Shown piece after piece: positions 35,262 to 44,714 of a DNA stretch of 64,000 nt. The notes under the pieces are model-generated. The model did not search any database. It was not told the origin of the DNA and worked only from the letters and a program-made list of their open reading frames with translations. The position numbers and the translations under genes were made by a program. Each line of letters begins with the position of its first letter. Position 1 is the stretch's first letter. Source of the DNA: Planctomycetota bacterium (GTDB lineage: Bacteria; Planctomycetota; UBA1135; UBA2386); contig JBFXDD010000008.1 in the NCBI GenBank assembly GCA_050181465.1, forward strand, positions 64,325-128,324, in the 5' to 3' direction.

Positions 35262-36869
35262 ATGGCGAACGGCTCCCAACCCTATCAGGTCGTCGCGCGC
35301 CGCTTCCGGCCGAAGAGCTTCGTCGAGCTCGTGGGGCAGGAGGCGGTCGTGCGCTCGCTCAGCAGCGCTCTCGAGAGCGGGCGCGTTCCCCACGCCTTCC
35401 TGTTCTCCGGCAGCCGCGGGGTCGGCAAGACGACCTCGGCGCGCATCCTCGCGCGCGCGCTCAACTGCGAAGTGGGCATGTCTGCGAGTCCCTGCGGAAC
35501 CTGCGCGACCTGCGTCAGCATCCTCGCCGGGTCGAACGCCGACGTCGTGGAGATCGACGCGGCGTCTCACAACCTGGTCGACGACATCCGCGAGCTGTGC
35601 GAGCGCGTCGGCGTGGCCTCGATGGGTTCACGCTTCAAGGTCTACATCCTCGACGAAGTGCACATGCTCACGAAGAACGCGTTCAACGCGTTCCTCAAGA
35701 CGCTGGAGGAGCCGCCGCGAAACGTCGTGTTCATCCTGGCGACGACCGAGCTGCACAAGGTCCCCGAGACGGTGCGGTCCCGTTGCCAGTTGATCCACTT
35801 CCGTCGCATCGACGAGCGCGACGTGGTCGCCCGACTGAACGAGCTGTGCGCGCACGAGCAGGTCGACATCGATCCGGCGGTCCTCGACGAGATCGCGTTG
35901 AGCTGTCGCGGCGGCATGCGCGATGCCGAGAGCATGCTCGAGCGGATCCTGCCGTTGGCGCGCGCACGCCAGGCGACCTTCGATCTGCCGGCCTATCGCG
36001 AATTGATGCAGAGAGTCGGGCTCGATCGCGCCGTCGAGGTCGTCGAGCACATGCTGGACGGCGATGCCCGCGCGGCGCTCGCCTTTGCCGATGAGGTCGT
36101 CGGCGGCGGCAGCGATGAACGTGAGGCCCTGGCCGAGGTGCTCGATGTGCTGCGCGCGGCACTCCTGTGCGCGGTGGACGGCGCGGAATCGACGCTGGTC
36201 GCGATCCGCGGAGCGCTGCGCGAGCGCGTCGTCGCGATCGCTGCCCGGGCGGAGGTCGGGCGGCTCGACGCGATGATCCAAGCCGGGCTCGCCGGACGCG
36301 AGCGCATCCGCCGCACGGACGATCGCCGCTTGGTGTTGGAGGTGAGCCTGGTCCGGATGGCGCAGGCGGGGAGTTTGCCGACGCTCGCCGAACTGGCGGC
36401 GGCGGTCGCCTCGGGCGCGCCGATCGAGGCGCCCTCCAGGGTCCCGCTCGTCGCCGTCGGCGGTGGCTCGGTCGCGCCGTCGCCGACCTCGGCAGGGAAC
36501 GACTCCGGACTCGCGGCTCGCTTCGTTGCGCGGGTGCGTCAGGACAAGCCGATGCTCGTCGCGACCGCCGCGGCCTGCGTGCTCGAGGGTCCGAACGAAG
36601 CCGGTGTCGTGCGCATCCGTTTGGCGACGCCGCAGAAGATGCACGCCGACCGGCTGGCGTCGCCGGAGGTGATCGGCATCTTCACCCACGCGCTGTCCGA
36701 GTTGTGTGGCCGGCCGGTGCGGTTGGAGGTGAGCGCGACCCCTGCGGCGGCCGGTCCGACCGCGTCGGCGCCGGCCAAGCCGCCGGGTCCGCGGACCCAA
36801 GCCGTGCTCGATCGCTTCGACGGCGACCTCGTCCAGCCAGAACCGGACGACGGCCCACCTCGTTCGTGA
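35262..36869 (+). CDS. dnaX: DNA polymerase III gamma/tau subunit
   Basis: YQVVARRFRPKSFVELVGQE, Walker A GSRGVGKTT, zinc module CGTCATC, box VYILDEVHML. Start chosen at ATG 35262. Confidence 0.95.
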   Translation: MANGSQPYQVVARRFRPKSFVELVGQEAVVRSLSSALESGRVPHAFLFSGSRGVGKTTSARILARALNCEVGMSASPCGTCATCVSILAGSNADVVEIDAASHNLVDDIRELCERVGVASMGSRFKVYILDEVHMLTKNAFNAFLKTLEEPPRNVVFILATTELHKVPETVRSRCQLIHFRRIDERDVVARLNELCAHEQVDIDPAVLDEIALSCRGGMRDAESMLERILPLARARQATFDLPAYRELMQRVGLDRAVEVVEHMLDGDARAALAFADEVVGGGSDEREALAEVLDVLRAALLCAVDGAESTLVAIRGALRERVVAIAARAEVGRLDAMIQAGLAGRERIRRTDDRRLVLEVSLVRMAQAGSLPTLAELAAAVASGAPIEAPSRVPLVAVGGGSVAPSPTSAGNDSGLAARFVARVRQDKPMLVATAAACVLEGPNEAGVVRIRLATPQKMHADRLASPEVIGIFTHALSELCGRPVRLEVSATPAAAGPTASAPAKPPGPRTQAVLDRFDGDLVQPEPDDGPPRS

Positions 36870-36887
36870 GGTTATTCTCCCGCCGCG

Positions 36888-37643
36888 ATGCGTGCCTCCG
36901 CCCTCACCTCCGTGCTGTTCCATGCCTGCCTCGTCGGCGGTGCGTGGTGGTGGAGCGGCGCCGGCTCGGCTCGCACTCCCCAGTCGCCGCTGGTCGTACA
37001 GGTGATGCTCGCCGCGCCCGGCGTCGCTTCGCTCAGTGAAGCTGCCTCCGCGGACGCTTCGACCGAAGCGCCCGCGGACGGCGCAGCTGATGGCTTCGAT
37101 CCGCGACTCCAGTGGAGCGAGTGTTCCCCATCGATCACGGCGGCGCCCCCGCCCGACCTCGAGCCCGTGCCCTTCGAAGCGCCGTTGCGGCAGTCGCATC
37201 GACTCGCGGCCGCGGATCCGGCTTCGCGCCGAGCGACCCTCGAGAAGGAAGCCTCGCAGGCCATGGTGGTCGTCCGTCACCTTCCGATGCCGGCACCGTC
37301 GGCGGGCCCGGCCGGCGACGGCGGCAGTGACCCGACCGCGGCCAAGTCGAAGGCGGGGGGCGAGACCCGCGCGCCGCGTCCTCTGACCGAGCGCAACCTC
37401 GCACCGCGCTACCCCGGACTCGCGCGCCGCCGTCACCTGGAGGGGGTCGCCGTGGTGGAGATGCTGGTCGATGCCGAGGGGGAGGTTTGCGATTGCCGGC
37501 TGCTCGCTTCGAGCGGCCACGACCTCTTGGACCAATGCGCGCTGCGTCAGCTCCGGCTGTGGCGATTCGATCCCGCGCTCGAGAACGGCACACCGGTGCC
37601 CTCCGCCTATCGACAAGAGGTCGAGTTCCGTATCGTGGACTGA
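36888..37643 (+). CDS. TonB-family energy transducer-like protein
   Basis: N-terminal anchor SVLFHACLVGGAWWW, a Pro/Ala-rich linker, and a C-terminal TonB domain (APRYPGLARRRHLEGVAVVEMLVDAEGEV...LRLWRFDPALENG). Confidence 0.8.
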   Translation: MRASALTSVLFHACLVGGAWWWSGAGSARTPQSPLVVQVMLAAPGVASLSEAASADASTEAPADGAADGFDPRLQWSECSPSITAAPPPDLEPVPFEAPLRQSHRLAAADPASRRATLEKEASQAMVVVRHLPMPAPSAGPAGDGGSDPTAAKSKAGGETRAPRPLTERNLAPRYPGLARRRHLEGVAVVEMLVDAEGEVCDCRLLASSGHDLLDQCALRQLRLWRFDPALENGTPVPSAYRQEVEFRIVD

Positions 37644-37687
37644 GCGACGGCGGCGCACGAAAGGTCGCGGCCCCTGCGATACCGAAC

Positions 37688-37999
37688 ATGACGCACGACA
37701 TGAACCTGCTGAAGCAGGCCCAGGAGATGTCCCGCTTGGTCCGCGAGGTGCAGCGCGAGCTCGCCGAGCGCGTGCTCGAAGGAAGTTCCGGCGGGGGCGC
37801 GGTTCGGTGCACGATCACCGGCCAACTCGAAGTGCGCTCGATCCGAATCGATCCCAAGGTGGTCGATCCGGAGGAGGTCGCGATGCTCGAGGACCTGGTG
37901 ACGGCCGCGGTTCGCAACGCGGTGAAGGCCGCGCTCGATCTGCGCAAGGCCAAGACCGATGAAGTCACCGGCGGCATCCTCCCCGACCTCGGTCTGTGA
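37688..37999 (+). CDS. ybaB: Nucleoid-associated protein YbaB/EbfC
   Basis: 103 aa from ATG 37688: MNLLKQAQEMSRLVREVQRELAE...GGGAVRCTITGQLEVRSIRIDPKVVD. Lies in the conserved dnaX-ybaB-recR context. Confidence 0.92.
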   Translation: MTHDMNLLKQAQEMSRLVREVQRELAERVLEGSSGGGAVRCTITGQLEVRSIRIDPKVVDPEEVAMLEDLVTAAVRNAVKAALDLRKAKTDEVTGGILPDLGL

Positions 38000-38063
38000 G
38001 TGACGCTGCGGTGGCGCCGCTTCCGCATCCAAGGGACGCCGCGCGCCGATCGGGCGCACCGTC

Positions 38064-38663
38064 ATGGTGAGTCGCTCGCGCGCCGTCGAGCGACTGATCG
38101 CGCTGCTCGGTGAGTTTCCGGGCATCGGTCCGAAGACCTCCGAACGACTCGCCTACCACGTGCTGCAGTCCGAACCGAGGTTCGCGCGCGACCTGGCGGC
38201 GGCGATCGTGGGCGCCCGCGAGAGCACCAAGGTGTGTTCTCAGTGTTTCCAGCTCGACGAGACCGACCCGTGCGCGATCTGCAGCGATCCCGCGCGCGAG
38301 CGCAGTCGCGTGCTGGTCGTCGAGGATCCCCGTGACGTCGCTGCCTTCGAGGCGGCCGGCTACCGTGGGCTCTACCACATCCTGCAAGGGCGCATCTCGG
38401 CGCTCGACGGGATCCGTCCCGAAGACCTCACCTTGGCTGCCCTGACGGCGCGCATCGCGAAGGGCGAGATCCGCGAGGTGTGCCTGGCGACGAATCCCGA
38501 TCTCGAAGGCGAGGGCACGGCGAACCTGATCGCCGAGCGACTCGCTGGCAAGACCGTCACCGTGACGCGCATCGCGCGCGGTATCCCCGCCGGCTCCACG
38601 ATCACCCAGGTCTCGAGTGCGATCCTTGCCGACGCGATCGAGGGACGCCGCCCGCTGTCGTGA
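38064..38663 (+). CDS. recR: Recombination protein RecR
   Basis: HhH motif FPGIGPKTSERLAYH, zinc finger CSQCFQLDETDPCAIC, Toprim domain. 199 aa. Confidence 0.95.
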   Translation: MVSRSRAVERLIALLGEFPGIGPKTSERLAYHVLQSEPRFARDLAAAIVGARESTKVCSQCFQLDETDPCAICSDPARERSRVLVVEDPRDVAAFEAAGYRGLYHILQGRISALDGIRPEDLTLAALTARIAKGEIREVCLATNPDLEGEGTANLIAERLAGKTVTVTRIARGIPAGSTITQVSSAILADAIEGRRPLS

Positions 38664-41206
38664 ACGGCGCCCGACCTCCGCTGTCTCCGCTGCCGATCGA
38701 CGCTGTCCTCGGTGACGCGGTCGCTGCGCTTCGAAGAACGCGCGCTCTCGTGCTGATCGCGCCGCCGGGCAGCGGCAAGACCACGCGACTCCCGCCCGCA
38801 CTGCTTCACGCGATCGAGGGTGACATCGTCGTACTCGAGCCGCGTCGGCTTGCTGCACGTGCGGCCGCGCAGCGCGTGGCGTCCGAACTCGGCGAACGGG
38901 TCGGCGACACGGTCGGCTACCAGGTTCGACACGAGCGAGTCGGGACCGCCGGCACGCGCATCTGGTTTCTGACCGAGGGCGTGCTCGTGCGTCGCATCGT
39001 GAGAGCCCCTTTCCTCGAAGGGGTCGGCGCGGTCGTGCTCGACGAGTTCCACGAGCGACACGTCGAGACCGATCTCGCGCTCGCGATGCTTCGCGAAGTG
39101 CGCGAGACGGTGCGCGACGATCTCTCGATCGCGGTCATGTCCGCGACCCTCGATCCGCTGCCGATCTCACGTTTCCTCGGCGATGCGCCGATCGTGCACG
39201 CCGAGGGCCGCAGCTTTCCGGTGCACGTCGAACACCTCGGCAGCATGGATGTGAAGCGTGAGCTCGAGCACGAGGTGCGCCGCGCCGTGCAGAAGGCACT
39301 CGTGGACACGGCCGGTCACGTGCTGGTCTTCTTGCCCGGCGTCGAAGAGATCCGGCGCGCGGCCGGCGCACTCGGCGACGTCGCCCGACGCGGGGATCTC
39401 GCGGTCGTGCCCTTGCACGGCTCCTTGTCGCCGGCCGAACAGGATCGCGCGATCGCACCCTCGGCCCAGCGCAAGGTGGTGTTGGCGACGAACGTCGCCG
39501 AGAGTTCGGTGACGATCGACGGGGTGACGGCGGTGGTCGACAGCGGCCTCGCGCGCATCCTGCGAGCCGACCCCGCGCGTGGTCTCGACGTGCTCGCCGT
39601 CGAACGCATCTCGCTGGCGTCGGCGACCCAGCGCGCCGGTCGTGCCGGCCGCACGTCGAGCGGCGTATGTCTCCGCTTGTGGTCGGAGGGGGAGGAGCGC
39701 GGCATGGCAGCCTTCGAGACGCCGGAACTGCGCCGCACGGATCTCGCCGGACCGACTCTTCTGGTGCGCGCGTTCGCGGGCCGCGATCCGGCTGAGTTCG
39801 GCTGGTTCCAGGCGCCGGAGTCCTCCGCGCTCGCCGTCGCCGATCGTCTGCTGCGTGCGCTGGGCGCGCTCGACGACCGCGGCCAACCGACCCCGACCGG
39901 TCGGCGCATCCTGGAACTGCCGCTGCACCCGCGTCTCGGCCGCGCGCTGGTCGAAGCACAACGGCTCGACTGTCTGCCGCTGGCGGCCATTGCCGTGGCG
40001 ATCCTCGCCGAGCGTGACTTCGTGCGCCGTCGACCGCGCGAGGAAGGCGATCCGCCGATCGACCTCTCGCATCGATTGAATACCTTCATCAAGCTCGCCG
40101 CCGCCGGCTTCACGGCTTCGGCGTGTCGTGCGCACGACGCGGAGGTCGGCGCCGTGGCGGCCGTCGAGCGTGCGCGGCGGCAGTTCGCGAAGAAGTCCGC
40201 GGTTCCGACCGCGCTCGATCCGCGCAGTGAGGCTCGCGTCGCGCGCGCGCTCGTGTGCGGCTTCTTCGATCGCGTGGTCTTGCGACGATCGCCGACCGCC
40301 GACGAAGGAGTGATGGTGGGAGGGCGGGGCGTGCAGTGGGCGAAGGGCAGCTTTCACGACGAGAGCGAACTCTTGCTCGCACTCGAAGTCGGCGATCGCG
40401 GCGCGCGCACGCAGAGCCGACAGTCGATCGTCCGAATCGCCGTCGGAATCGAGCAAGAGCACCTGCCACGCCACCTGTGCAGTGTCGAGCGTGCCGTCGA
40501 ACTCGATGAAGAGCGTGGACGTCTGCTGGTGATCGAGCGCGAACGCTACTGCGATCTTGCGCTTGCCGAGCGCCGACTCCAGCACGCGGAGATTCCGGCG
40601 CATTCGCGTTCCCAGCTCGTCGAGCTACTCGCGCGCGATCCATGGCGCTGGATCGGGGAGCAGCCGGCCCTGCGGTCGATCCTCGAGCGTCTGGCGTTTC
40701 TGCGCCGAGTCCTGCCGGAGCGCGACATTCCGGCGCTCGACGATGCACAGCTCGCGGCGTTGCTGGTCGAAGCCCTCGGCGAGCGAGCGGATCTCCTGGC
40801 CTTGCGGCGTGCGGATCTCGTGTCGCACCTCTCGAGTGTCGTCCCGCACGCGCTCCTACGCGACTTGGATCGTCTCGCGCCCGAACGAGTCACGCTGCCG
40901 TCGGGACGTCGTGCGCGCATCGAGTATCCGTCGCACGCCGATCCCTTCCTGGCGTCGCGGATCCAGGACTTCTTCGGCTGGCAGAGTGCGCCGCGCATCG
41001 CGGAGGGGCGCGTGCCGCTGGTCCTGCACCTGTGTGCGCCGAACCAGCGACCGGTGCAGATCACCAGCGACCTGGCGAGCTTCTGGCGCAGCACCTGGAG
41101 CAGCGTGCGCGCCGAACTTCGTCGTCGCTATCCGCGCCATGCCTGGCCGGAGGATCCGACCACGGCAAGGGCATCAGAGCGACCGGTCAAGAAACCGCCC
41201 GGCTGA
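38660..41206 (+). CDS. hrpB: ATP-dependent RNA helicase HrpB
   Basis: Trimmed to GTG 38660, which overlaps the recR stop as GTGA. Motifs APPGSGKTT, DEFH, SATL, TNVAESSVTI, QRAGRAGR, plus a long HrpB-type C-terminal extension. 848 aa. Confidence 0.9.
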   Translation: MNGARPPLSPLPIDAVLGDAVAALRRTRALVLIAPPGSGKTTRLPPALLHAIEGDIVVLEPRRLAARAAAQRVASELGERVGDTVGYQVRHERVGTAGTRIWFLTEGVLVRRIVRAPFLEGVGAVVLDEFHERHVETDLALAMLREVRETVRDDLSIAVMSATLDPLPISRFLGDAPIVHAEGRSFPVHVEHLGSMDVKRELEHEVRRAVQKALVDTAGHVLVFLPGVEEIRRAAGALGDVARRGDLAVVPLHGSLSPAEQDRAIAPSAQRKVVLATNVAESSVTIDGVTAVVDSGLARILRADPARGLDVLAVERISLASATQRAGRAGRTSSGVCLRLWSEGEERGMAAFETPELRRTDLAGPTLLVRAFAGRDPAEFGWFQAPESSALAVADRLLRALGALDDRGQPTPTGRRILELPLHPRLGRALVEAQRLDCLPLAAIAVAILAERDFVRRRPREEGDPPIDLSHRLNTFIKLAAAGFTASACRAHDAEVGAVAAVERARRQFAKKSAVPTALDPRSEARVARALVCGFFDRVVLRRSPTADEGVMVGGRGVQWAKGSFHDESELLLALEVGDRGARTQSRQSIVRIAVGIEQEHLPRHLCSVERAVELDEERGRLLVIERERYCDLALAERRLQHAEIPAHSRSQLVELLARDPWRWIGEQPALRSILERLAFLRRVLPERDIPALDDAQLAALLVEALGERADLLALRRADLVSHLSSVVPHALLRDLDRLAPERVTLPSGRRARIEYPSHADPFLASRIQDFFGWQSAPRIAEGRVPLVLHLCAPNQRPVQITSDLASFWRSTWSSVRAELRRRYPRHAWPEDPTTARASERPVKKPPG

Positions 41207-41258
41207 CTCGGCGACGCGCTCACGCTGCGTCGCGATTGTGACGATCCGCGGGTCGAGC

Positions 41259-42527
41259 ATGCACAAGCCCGCACTGACGACGCGCATGGCCCCCGTGGCC
41301 GAGATGTCGTTGACACCCGGCTTCCTGCTCGGCGTGCAGATCTTGCAGATGAGCGCGCTCGAGCTGGTGACCGAGATCGAGGCGGAGTGCGCGCGCAACG
41401 AACTGATCGTGGCGCGGCCTCGCGAGCGCGCGTCGGGCGGCGATCCGACGGAGCGTCATGCGATGCTCGGTCAACTGCCCTCGCGACCCGTCGATCTCCT
41501 CGAGCACATTCGCCGGGAGGTGAGTCTCATGGACCTCGAACCGGCCGTTGCGGCAGCGGTCCTCGTCCTCGCCGAGCAGCTCGATGACCGTGGCTACATC
41601 ACCGAACCGCCCGACCGACTCGTCGAGATCGTCGGGGACTCGTGTCTTGGGGAGGCGCTCGCGGTGTTGCGGTCCATTCCGCCAGGCGGCTTGGGCGCCA
41701 CCGGCCCGATCGAGGCAATGCTCGCGCAACTCCTGCCGGGGGATCCCGACCGGGCTCGGCTCGAGCAGATCCTTCATCGACACCTCAGCGAGTTGGCGGG
41801 CGGCGGTCATCTGCGCGTCGCGACAGCACTCGCGATCTCGCCCGGCGAGCTGACCCGTCTACTCAATCGGATTCGCGATCTTGCACCCCGACCGGCCGAA
41901 GGCTTCGCGCCCATGGCACCGCAGGTGCGGATCCCGGATCTGACGGTAGCACTCGACGGCGCGCAGCTGACGGTTCACGTTGCGAACGAGGCGCTCCCTG
42001 CGTTGAGGATCGATCGGCGACTGCTGCGGCTTGCGAGTGCATCGGTGATGCCTGCCGATTCGCGACGTGAGATCGCCGGCAAGCTGCAGCGCGCGCGTGC
42101 GGTCATCCGCGCGATCGATTCACGCGGCGCGACGCTCGAGCGGATCGCGACTGCGGTGTTCGCGCGGCAGCTCGCCTTCCTCCGCCATGGTCGGCCGGCG
42201 CTGCGCAAGCTCTCGATGGCCGACGTTGCCGCCGAACTCGGGTTGCACGTCTCGACGGTCAGCCGCGCCGTGCGTCACAAGACGGTCGCGACGCCGCACG
42301 GCTGGATCGCCCTGCGTGAGTTCTTCCTGCCGGGTGGGGCGCGCAACGGCTCGGCTGATCGGGGCGCGATGCTCTCAGCCCTCCGCGCGCTGCTCGCAGC
42401 GGATCCGGGCCAGAGCGATGAGTCGTTGGCGCAGCGGCTCGCCGAGTCGGGACTCGCGGTGGCGAGGCGGACGGTCGCGAAGTACCGTGCGGAACTCGTC
42501 GGTCGTCGACGGACGCCGCGAACCTGA
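41259..42527 (+). CDS. rpoN: RNA polymerase sigma-54 factor (short form)
   Basis: Trimmed to ATG 41259. N-terminal LQMSALEL, C-terminal HTH, and the RpoN box ARRTVAKYRAEL. 422 aa. Confidence 0.9.
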   Translation: MHKPALTTRMAPVAEMSLTPGFLLGVQILQMSALELVTEIEAECARNELIVARPRERASGGDPTERHAMLGQLPSRPVDLLEHIRREVSLMDLEPAVAAAVLVLAEQLDDRGYITEPPDRLVEIVGDSCLGEALAVLRSIPPGGLGATGPIEAMLAQLLPGDPDRARLEQILHRHLSELAGGGHLRVATALAISPGELTRLLNRIRDLAPRPAEGFAPMAPQVRIPDLTVALDGAQLTVHVANEALPALRIDRRLLRLASASVMPADSRREIAGKLQRARAVIRAIDSRGATLERIATAVFARQLAFLRHGRPALRKLSMADVAAELGLHVSTVSRAVRHKTVATPHGWIALREFFLPGGARNGSADRGAMLSALRALLAADPGQSDESLAQRLAESGLAVARRTVAKYRAELVGRRRTPRT

Positions 42528-42534
42528 ATCGACC

Positions 42535-43341
42535 TTGCACACGTACTTGCTCGAGGTGGCCTACGACGGGCGCGACTTTCGCGGCTGGCAGCGCCAGGAA
42601 GGCTTCGATTCCGTTCAGGAGCGTCTCGAAGAGGCGTGCCTGCATATCTTCGGCGAGCCGGTGATCGTCCATGGTGCTGGGCGCACCGATGCCGGAGTGC
42701 ATGCCCTCGCCCAGGCGGCGCACGTGCGCATCGAACGGTCGATGCAAACCTCGAGCTTGCTGCGCGCGTTGAACGGGAATCTGCCGCCGACGGTTCGAGT
42801 GGTCTCGGTGCGTGAAGCTCCCGCCGATTTCCACGCACGCTTCTCGGCGATCGGCAAGCGTTACGTCTATCGGTGCCTGCTCGGCTCGATCGCACCGGTC
42901 TTCGACCGCGGACGCAAGCATTGGATCCGCCGCGCCTGCGCGCTCGAGCCGATGCGGGCCGCCGCTCGACATCTGATCGGCGAACACGACTTCGCGGCGT
43001 TCGCGACCAATCCCGGCTACGAACGGAAGTTCGGGACGGTGAGGACGGTGAGTCATGTCCACCTGATCCGGCGGCCGCGGGGATTCGACATCGCCGTCCA
43101 GGGCAGCGGCTTCCTGTACAACATGGTGCGTGCCATCGCCGGCACGTTGATCGAAGTCGGCGTGGGCAAGCGGCGCCCGGAGGAAGTCGCGGAGATTCTC
43201 GCATCCCGGGACCGCCGACGCGCCGGTGAGAATGCGCCTGCGGAGGGCTTGTATCTCCTCCGCGTGCTGTATCCTCGGACTCTCTTCAAGTGCTCGTCTC
43301 GGACTGCCGATCGCCCGGACGAAACTTCCAACCTCCGCTGA
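42535..43341 (+). CDS. truA: tRNA pseudouridine(38-40) synthase
   Basis: TTG 42535: LHTYLLEVAYDGRDFRGWQRQ and the catalytic motif GAGRTDAGVHA. The listed ORF start 42067 overlaps rpoN. Confidence 0.9.
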   Translation: MHTYLLEVAYDGRDFRGWQRQEGFDSVQERLEEACLHIFGEPVIVHGAGRTDAGVHALAQAAHVRIERSMQTSSLLRALNGNLPPTVRVVSVREAPADFHARFSAIGKRYVYRCLLGSIAPVFDRGRKHWIRRACALEPMRAAARHLIGEHDFAAFATNPGYERKFGTVRTVSHVHLIRRPRGFDIAVQGSGFLYNMVRAIAGTLIEVGVGKRRPEEVAEILASRDRRRAGENAPAEGLYLLRVLYPRTLFKCSSRTADRPDETSNLR

Positions 43342-43355
43342 GTTAGTTCTTCGCG

Positions 43356-43682
43356 ATGAGCCATCACGACGCCGTCCAAATCGATGTCACCTCGCGCCAC
43401 GGTCACGTGTCCGACCGCATGGCCGACTACGCCCGCAAGAAGGCGGAGCGGTTGCCGCGCTACAACGATCAGATCTCTCGGATCGAGGTCGTGATCGATG
43501 GTCCGCACGATTCCCCGGAAGTCGAGTTGATCGTCCACATCGACAACCACGACCACATCGTCGCGAAGGCGCGCAGCCAGCACTTCAATTCGGCGATCGA
43601 CGAGATCGTCGAGAAGGTGGAGCGACAGCTCATCAAGGCCAAGGAGCGTCTCAAGGACCACCGCGGCGAACCCCGAGTTTGA
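43356..43682 (+). CDS. hpf: Ribosome hibernation-promoting factor (sigma-54 modulation protein family)
   Basis: 108 aa: VQIDVTSRHGHVSDRMADYARKKAERLPRY...AIDEIVEKVERQLIKAKERLKDH. Lies downstream of rpoN, as in many bacteria. Confidence 0.9.
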   Translation: MSHHDAVQIDVTSRHGHVSDRMADYARKKAERLPRYNDQISRIEVVIDGPHDSPEVELIVHIDNHDHIVAKARSQHFNSAIDEIVEKVERQLIKAKERLKDHRGEPRV

Positions 43683-43718
43683 GCGACTCGAGATCGCCGG
43701 ATCCTGGCCGCTTCGATC

Positions 43719-44198
43719 GTGATCGAACTTCAGTCCAACATGCGTGACACCATCGACGCTGCCGTCCTGATTCCAGACCTCTCCGCGGACGCTCGGGATG
43801 CGGCTCTCGACGAGCTCTTTGGGGAGTTGCGTGCGACGATGTCCCTGCCGAGTGCGGTGAGCGAGGAACTTCGCGCTGCGATCGCCGAGCGCGAGCGCAA
43901 GGGCAGCACCGGGATCGGCAACGGGGTTGCCGTGCCGCACGTGAAGTCGGATGACGTGTCGCACTGTCAGCTCGTGATCGGGCGGTCCGCGGCCGGGATC
44001 GATGACTGGAACGCGATCGATGGCCGCCCCGTGCATCTGGTATTCCTGATCGTGTCGCCGAAGCGAGAGTCTGATCGTCACTTGGCGATCTTGCGGTGGG
44101 TGTCCACGCTCGCCCGACAGGCCGACTTCCGCCGCTTCGCGAAGGATGCCGACACTGTCGAGTCCCTGCGTGATCTGCTGCACGAGATGGGTGGCTGA
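43719..44198 (+). CDS. ptsN: PTS IIA-Ntr-like regulatory protein
   Basis: Phosphorylatable-His motif GSTGIGNGVAVPHVK. 159 aa. ATG 43740 is an alternative start. Confidence 0.87.
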   Translation: MIELQSNMRDTIDAAVLIPDLSADARDAALDELFGELRATMSLPSAVSEELRAAIAERERKGSTGIGNGVAVPHVKSDDVSHCQLVIGRSAAGIDDWNAIDGRPVHLVFLIVSPKRESDRHLAILRWVSTLARQADFRRFAKDADTVESLRDLLHEMGG

Positions 44199-44225
44199 AG
44201 CAGTCGGCGACGACGAGACACGCAG

Positions 44226-44495
44226 ATGATCGAAGCCACCGTCAAGTTGGTGAATCGTCACGGGATGCACGCTCGCCCGGCGCATCTCTTCGTGCAGACC
44301 GCGAATCGTTTCGAGTCGACGGTGCAGGTCGGTCGTCCAGGGCAGTCGAGCGTGAACGGCAAGTCCATCATGAGCATGTTGATGCTCGCCGCCGAGTCCG
44401 GCGCGGAGTTGGTGTTGCGCGCCGAGGGACCGGACGCCGAAGCGATGATCGCCGCATTGAGCGAACTTGTGGGCGGCGGCTTCGGCGAAGAGTGA
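44226..44495 (+). CDS. ptsH: HPr/NPr phosphocarrier protein
   Basis: 89 aa with His-15 motif NRHGMHARPA and Ser-46 motif VNGKSIMSM. Confidence 0.92.
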   Translation: MIEATVKLVNRHGMHARPAHLFVQTANRFESTVQVGRPGQSSVNGKSIMSMLMLAAESGAELVLRAEGPDAEAMIAALSELVGGGFGEE

Positions 44496-44714
44496 GCGGT
44501 TGAGGGTGGTGCTCGGTTGGGGCGGTGTGATCGCGTAGGCGAAGACTCGCGAGTGTCACCAGTGAATCGGGCGGCGGCCCCCCTGGTTGTCGGCTTGCCG
44601 AATCGCGAGTAGCCTTCTCTTGGTCCGCGGCGATACGCGGCGGTGAAGGCATCCTGGCGTTCTCTGCTTCTGCGTTCGCCGGGATTGGATTCGACCTGAA
44701 TCCGGCAGTCGTCC

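Noticed and set aside
35262-36869. Programmed ribosomal frameshift site in dnaX (gamma/tau).
   Set aside because: I saw no A-AAA-AAG-like slippery heptamer followed by a hairpin on reading the gene. This was a visual pass only, so a dedicated pattern search would be needed to exclude one.
44496-44714. Sigma-54 promoter upstream of the sigma-like gene (TGGCGTTCTCTGCTT), and TGGCAC-containing sites elsewhere (for example 41911, 47141, 11560).
   Set aside because: The GG-to-GC spacing is 8 nt rather than the required 10 in the intergenic candidate. The other TGGCAC occurrences are inside coding regions and lack a TTGC element at the right distance.
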